Shown piece by piece: positions 42,835 to 46,045 of a DNA stretch of 46,045 nucleotides. Made by a program: the position numbers and the translations under genes. The stretch is from a virus. Lineage: Duplodnaviria; Caudoviricetes. The stretch spans positions 1 to 46,045 of the IMG/VR virus record IMGVR_UViG_3300025838_000059. One strand, 5' to 3'. The notes beneath the pieces were generated by a model, which saw only the letters and a list, made by a program, of their open reading frames with translations, had not been told where the DNA came from and did no database searches. Every line of letters starts with the position of its first letter. Within the stretch, counting starts at the first letter, position 1.

Positions 42835-43143
42835 CTATTGGGGGGTTGGGTAGGTGTTGGTGAAGATCTCGGCGGCTTCAAGGGCCGCTTCGATGTTGGG
42901 GCCGCTTTGCTTTAGCACATCGGTAATCATGGCGAGCGTGATAGCGACGGGGTGCTTGTGCTTTGTGGCGGCATAAGACGCGATGCAAAGCATTAGAAAG
43001 CCAGCTTGAATAGCGTTGATCGATGCGACCGCGAGAACGTCAGGATTGGACTCGTGAAGATCGAACTGATCTTTGAGAAAGTCGTGGGTTTTCTGGTATG
43101 CGAAAAGCCCAGCGTCTTTGAGGATGTGGTCAGGAGTTGACAT
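42835..43143 (-). CDS. Hypothetical protein
   Basis: AAAGGA RBS before ATG 43143. Confidence 0.6.
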   Translation of the reverse strand: MSTPDHILKDAGLFAYQKTHDFLKDQFDLHESNPDVLAVASINAIQAGFLMLCIASYAATKHKHPVAITLAMITDVLKQSGPNIEAALEAAEIFTNTYPTPQ

Positions 43144-43381
43144 GGTTATATCCTTTGAGTTCACGGATGCGCTCCATCATCTCGTCGATGATTTCGGCAA
43201 TTTCGAGTTTAGAAAAGCGCCCAGCTTTCCCACGTTTTTCAACGTCGTTGAGGGAACGAGTCCATTGGGCGATGAGGCGGCGGTAGAGTGCGAGCTTTGC
43301 GTCAGGGCTGGAGTTGGTGGGGTGGACGCATAGAGCGTCCACGGCTGCAAGGTATTGGGAGACGATGGGGGACATGGACAT
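43130..43381 (-). CDS. Hypothetical protein
   Basis: Co-oriented ORF filling the gap. Confidence 0.55.
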   Translation of the reverse strand: MSMSPIVSQYLAAVDALCVHPTNSSPDAKLALYRRLIAQWTRSLNDVEKRGKAGRFSKLEIAEIIDEMMERIRELKGYNHVNS

Positions 43382-43390
43382 GACGGGCCC

Positions 43391-43681
43391 TTAGAAGTTG
43401 ATCTCGCGTTCTGGGGTGGCGTCGATTGACAGGAGAGGGATCTCGAAGCCTTTGGAGAAGGTGAGGGTGTTGACGATGGCCTCGACCTTGCCCCAAGCGG
43501 CCTGTAGTGCGTCCTCAACATCTCCACCCGTCCCGCGAGCTTTGAGCTGCAGGTCTTTGGCTTCGTGTTTGATCTCGATGGCTGCAGTCCAGCGGTCATC
43601 TGAATACTGGTATGAAGAACGGAAGAGCGAGATCTCTGCGTTCATGGACTCGAGACGTGCGATGATCTGGGCAAATGACAT
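43391..43681 (-). CDS. Hypothetical protein
   Basis: AAAGGAG RBS before ATG 43681. Confidence 0.65.
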   Translation of the reverse strand: MSFAQIIARLESMNAEISLFRSSYQYSDDRWTAAIEIKHEAKDLQLKARGTGGDVEDALQAAWGKVEAIVNTLTFSKGFEIPLLSIDATPEREINF

Positions 43682-43707
43682 GATAGGCTCCTTTAGGTTA
43701 GGGCACG

Positions 43708-43744
43708 TTAGGCCCATTGAATACTGAGTAGAGAGTGGGTCAGA
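43708..43744. repeat. 37-bp palindromic element, copy C
   Basis: TTAGGCCCAT-TGAATACTGAGTAGAGA-GTGGGTCAGA. Confidence 0.85.
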
Positions 43745-44099
43745 AGGTGAGGTCTAAGAGTGCGTCGAGTTCGGCTAACTGATCCTCCTTGCTTTTGTGC
43801 TTGAATCGCTCGGCATCGGCGCGTTGCTTTGCGCGCTCGAGTTTGGTGGCGGCGTCGGGGGTTGAGCGCTGCCAAGCGTCCACGACGTATTGGATCGGCA
43901 TGGACGGCTGCGCGATGGCGACTGGATGGGTGTAGGAGTAGACCTCGCGCTGGCGAAGGACACGCAAGAGAGACTCAGCGCCTTCGGTGGTAGCGGGGAA
44001 GGTTAGCTCGGAAGTGTAGCCTTTGGGGGCTGGAAGGTGGAGATGGATTTTGTCACCTGCTGAATAGACTGTGGCGGAATGTGCTGGAATACGTGGCAT
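43740..44099 (-). CDS. Hypothetical early protein
   Basis: AGGAG RBS, first gene after a strong promoter. Confidence 0.7.
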   Translation of the reverse strand: MPRIPAHSATVYSAGDKIHLHLPAPKGYTSELTFPATTEGAESLLRVLRQREVYSYTHPVAIAQPSMPIQYVVDAWQRSTPDAATKLERAKQRADAERFKHKSKEDQLAELDALLDLTF

Positions 44100-44124
44100 T
44101 GGTTAAGCTCCTGATTAATAAGGT

Positions 44125-44153
44125 ATAATAGCATATCGGTGGGTCTAAGTCAA
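44125..44153 (-). promoter_or_regulatory. sigma70 promoter with palindrome half-site in the spacer
   Basis: TTGACT-N17-TATTAT with TG extension; half-site TTAGACCCAC at 44139-44148. Confidence 0.75.
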
Positions 44154-44179
44154 TCACAAAGTTGTGCGCTGGATGCGGC

Positions 44180-44362
44180 CTATTTGTTGTGGAGTATGGC
44201 GGAAAAGAGCCCGTTAGGGCAGTAGCGTTTGCGTTCGTCGGGGCTCCAAAAACATGTGTAGGAGAGGATGAGGGAGAAGTTGAAGAAGAAGTAAAAGAGG
44301 CTCCAAAAGAGGAGCCACGATACTGTGGCAGAGAGGAAAAAGAGGAGCGCAAGGAAGTGCAT
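44180..44362 (-). CDS. Small hydrophobic membrane protein
   Basis: GGAGG RBS; Phe/Leu-rich. Confidence 0.5.
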   Translation of the reverse strand: MHFLALLFFLSATVSWLLFWSLFYFFFNFSLILSYTCFWSPDERKRYCPNGLFSAILHNK

Positions 44363-44365
44363 GGA

Positions 44366-44752
44366 TTAGTCCTCCCAGCAGGCGTCATGTGCGCGCTGGC
44401 GCATCTCGTCGCGTTCACGATAGTCCTCGCGGGAGTAGGCGATGTCGTCCCACTCGTCGTCTTCGTGTTGTTCTTCCAGTTCAACGATGTGGTCGAGGAT
44501 CGCGTCATCTACGGAACGGAGAGATGAGAGGGTGTAGAAAAGTTCGCCTGTTGCCTCAAAGGCTGGGCCGAGGCCGTCGAGTCGCAGGACGAGAGTTACA
44601 ATGTCGAAGTCAGGCTCGGAGCCTGGGTCGTAGTTCTCAGGGGGCCCGTTGAACTGGCCGGACTGGGCGGTGCCGAAAGAGCGAACTTGGATTTCAATTT
44701 CGAGTTCGAAGTCAAAGCCCATGAGGGAGACGTTGGCGTGTGTAGTAGACAT
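44366..44752 (-). CDS. Hypothetical acidic protein
   Basis: AGGAG RBS; GPPENYDPG motif. Confidence 0.65.
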   Translation of the reverse strand: MSTTHANVSLMGFDFELEIEIQVRSFGTAQSGQFNGPPENYDPGSEPDFDIVTLVLRLDGLGPAFEATGELFYTLSSLRSVDDAILDHIVELEEQHEDDEWDDIAYSREDYRERDEMRQRAHDACWED

Positions 44753-44791
44753 ATTTGGCTCCTATGTAGTGTGAAGGTGACAGGGCGGTCG

Positions 44792-45208
44792 TTAGACCGG
44801 CCAGAAGTAGGGAAGGTCATCACGCTCTGTCCAATTGAATTGAGCGTAGTGAGATCGGTCTTTACGGAGAAGATTGGAGCGGTGTGAGGCGTGGACTGCC
44901 TCAAGGCCGAGCCAATAGGGTTTGGCGGGGTTGGAGTCGGAGGAGTCGAAGAAGGCTGCGATTTTGGGGCCGGTGTTGTCCTCGTAGCCGCGCTTGAGCC
45001 ACTCACGGCACATCTCGATGCCGTAGGTGCAGAGGAGTTGTGTGCAGCCGCGCCACATGTTGACGGCGGGATGTGACTGCCAGCCGTAGCGGGGGTTGGT
45101 GAGGGCGTTGAGGATTTGGAGAGTCTCGACGCGCTGTTTGCCGAGGCGTTGGCGGTCGAGGCAACGGGCGGTCTGGGTGAAGTCAGCGTAGGGTAAGAAG
45201 GTTTGCAT
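44792..45208 (-). CDS. Pyrimidine-dimer DNA glycosylase (DenV/MSMEG_6728-like)
   Basis: MQTFLPY...LDRQRLGKQRVE...HPAVNMWRG...SHRSNLLRKD; AGGAG RBS before ATG 45208. Confidence 0.85.
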   Translation of the reverse strand: MQTFLPYADFTQTARCLDRQRLGKQRVETLQILNALTNPRYGWQSHPAVNMWRGCTQLLCTYGIEMCREWLKRGYEDNTGPKIAAFFDSSDSNPAKPYWLGLEAVHASHRSNLLRKDRSHYAQFNWTERDDLPYFWPV

Positions 45209-45216
45209 TGGGGCTC

Positions 45217-45393
45217 CTAGTATGTTGTGCGCAGGATGTATTGGCGCTCGGCATAATCGTCGAGCGCAGATTGGAATTCGGACAGGGCTTCTTTGAGAAG
45301 AGCTGCGTCGAGTTGGTGGCAGTCTTCCATGTAGAAGCCCATGAGCCTGCAGACCTCCTGTAAGGCGTGAGGGTCGATCTCGAGTTCGATCAT
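45217..45393 (-). CDS. 58-aa acidic hypothetical protein (not in ORF track)
   Basis: MIELEIDPHALQEVCRLMGFY...; GAGGAG RBS, ATGA coupling. Confidence 0.55.
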   Translation of the reverse strand: MIELEIDPHALQEVCRLMGFYMEDCHQLDAALLKEALSEFQSALDDYAERQYILRTTY

Positions 45394-45566
45394 GCCTCTG
45401 ACTCCTCAAAGCAAGCGTCTTTGAAACGATCTGGTTTGAACGTGCTGGATGCTTGACTGCAAATGTAAGACATCTCGTCCACAAGGTTGAGGTAGGCATC
45501 TGGAGTCATGTGGGGCCGCGCAGCGCGGAGGGCGTTGGCGATGGAGTTGAATTGCTTTTTGCTCAT
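45390..45566 (-). CDS. 58-aa small phage protein (not in ORF track)
   Basis: MSKKQFNSIANAL...FKPDRFKDAC pattern; GAGGAG RBS. Confidence 0.65.
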   Translation of the reverse strand: MSKKQFNSIANALRAARPHMTPDAYLNLVDEMSYICSQASSTFKPDRFKDACFEESEA

Positions 45567-45847
45567 TGTAGATGCTCCTCGAAGATTGGCAGGGCTGATT
45601 TCATGGTTTCAATCCAGATGTGGAGGTCGCGCATGGCGTCCTCGGTCTGGGTGCGTTTGTATTTTTTGCCAGTGATGTTGGTGGTCAGGGCAAGCATTTT
45701 GGTAATGCCCATCCCGCGAGTTGGGATGACTCCACATGAGCGATAGAGTTTGATCGCAGAGCGGAGGGTGATGGCTTGCTGGAGGCGTATGGCGTCGGGG
45801 CCGGAGAATAGCACACCTCCGGCTGTGTGTTGGATGAAGGAGTCCAT
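45563..45847 (-). CDS. Hypothetical protein
   Basis: GAGG RBS, coupled. Confidence 0.65.
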   Translation of the reverse strand: MDSFIQHTAGGVLFSGPDAIRLQQAITLRSAIKLYRSCGVIPTRGMGITKMLALTTNITGKKYKRTQTEDAMRDLHIWIETMKSALPIFEEHLQ

Positions 45848-45848
45848 T

Positions 45849-46043
45849 TTAGAACCTCACTGAGATGCGGAGATCAGCGTTTTCGACGGCGCGCTCGACA
45901 GCCTCTTGCGCGAGATCGTCGAACTTGGACTCGTCGAATTTTGACTCCACAATTTCGTGGAATGTGTCGGAGTGAACAAAGTTCTCGAGCGCGTCGAGTT
46001 GGAACTGCAGATTTTCGATGCGCGCTTGAAGTGCTGCGATTTG
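45849..46043 (-). CDS. 5'-truncated hypothetical coiled-coil protein
   Basis: Open frame QIAALQARIENLQFQLDALE... to TAA at 45849. Confidence 0.55.
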   Translation of the reverse strand, partial: QIAALQARIENLQFQLDALENFVHSDTFHEIVESKFDESKFDDLAQEAVERAVENADLRISVRF

Positions 46044-46045
46044 AG

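Noticed and set aside
7963-43744. 37-bp palindromes as CRISPR repeats or IS ends
   Set aside because: Dispersed kilobases apart, no spacer array, no transposase or target-site duplications
1-46045. Numerous antisense/overlapping ORFs in the track (e.g. 3496-4137, 8365-8955, 29419-30072)
   Set aside because: Shadows of well-supported genes with no recognisable motifs
1-46045. Integrated prophage, terminal repeats or stop-codon reassignment
   Set aside because: No integrase, host genes or end-to-end repeat recognised; TAA, TAG and TGA all terminate intact genes normally

Overview
Most of the genome (ends not joined, both edges cut through genes) of a P22-like podophage. A GcrA-like regulator suggests an alphaproteobacterial host. 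The + strand arm (1-27878) carries a giant fibre, lysis genes, terminase large subunit, portal, scaffold, coat, gp4/gp10-like tail machine, three ejection proteins and a collar-domain tail fibre. The convergent - strand arm (27908-46045) carries replication and early genes: DUF3987-like ATPase, a split UDG-exonuclease/PolA polymerase, Nmad1-like protein, ParB-methyltransferase fusion, SSB-like protein, AAA ATPase, PD-(D/E)XK nuclease, UvrD helicase, HIRAN protein, pyrimidine-dimer glycosylase, two HNH endonucleases and many small ORFs. No integrase, primase or small terminase was recognised. Most notable: (1) three fibre/spike proteins and a putative chaperone carry Sec-type signal peptides, and the fibres carry paired cysteines, suggesting periplasmic maturation; (2) an unannotated 37-bp palindrome (TTAGGCCCAT-N17-ATGGGCCTAA consensus) occurs four times at gene/module boundaries, with half-sites abutting the -35 box of two promoters; (3) the polymerase is split inside its proofreading domain; (4) two structured-RNA candidates. 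All family calls come from motif recognition by eye, not database searches.
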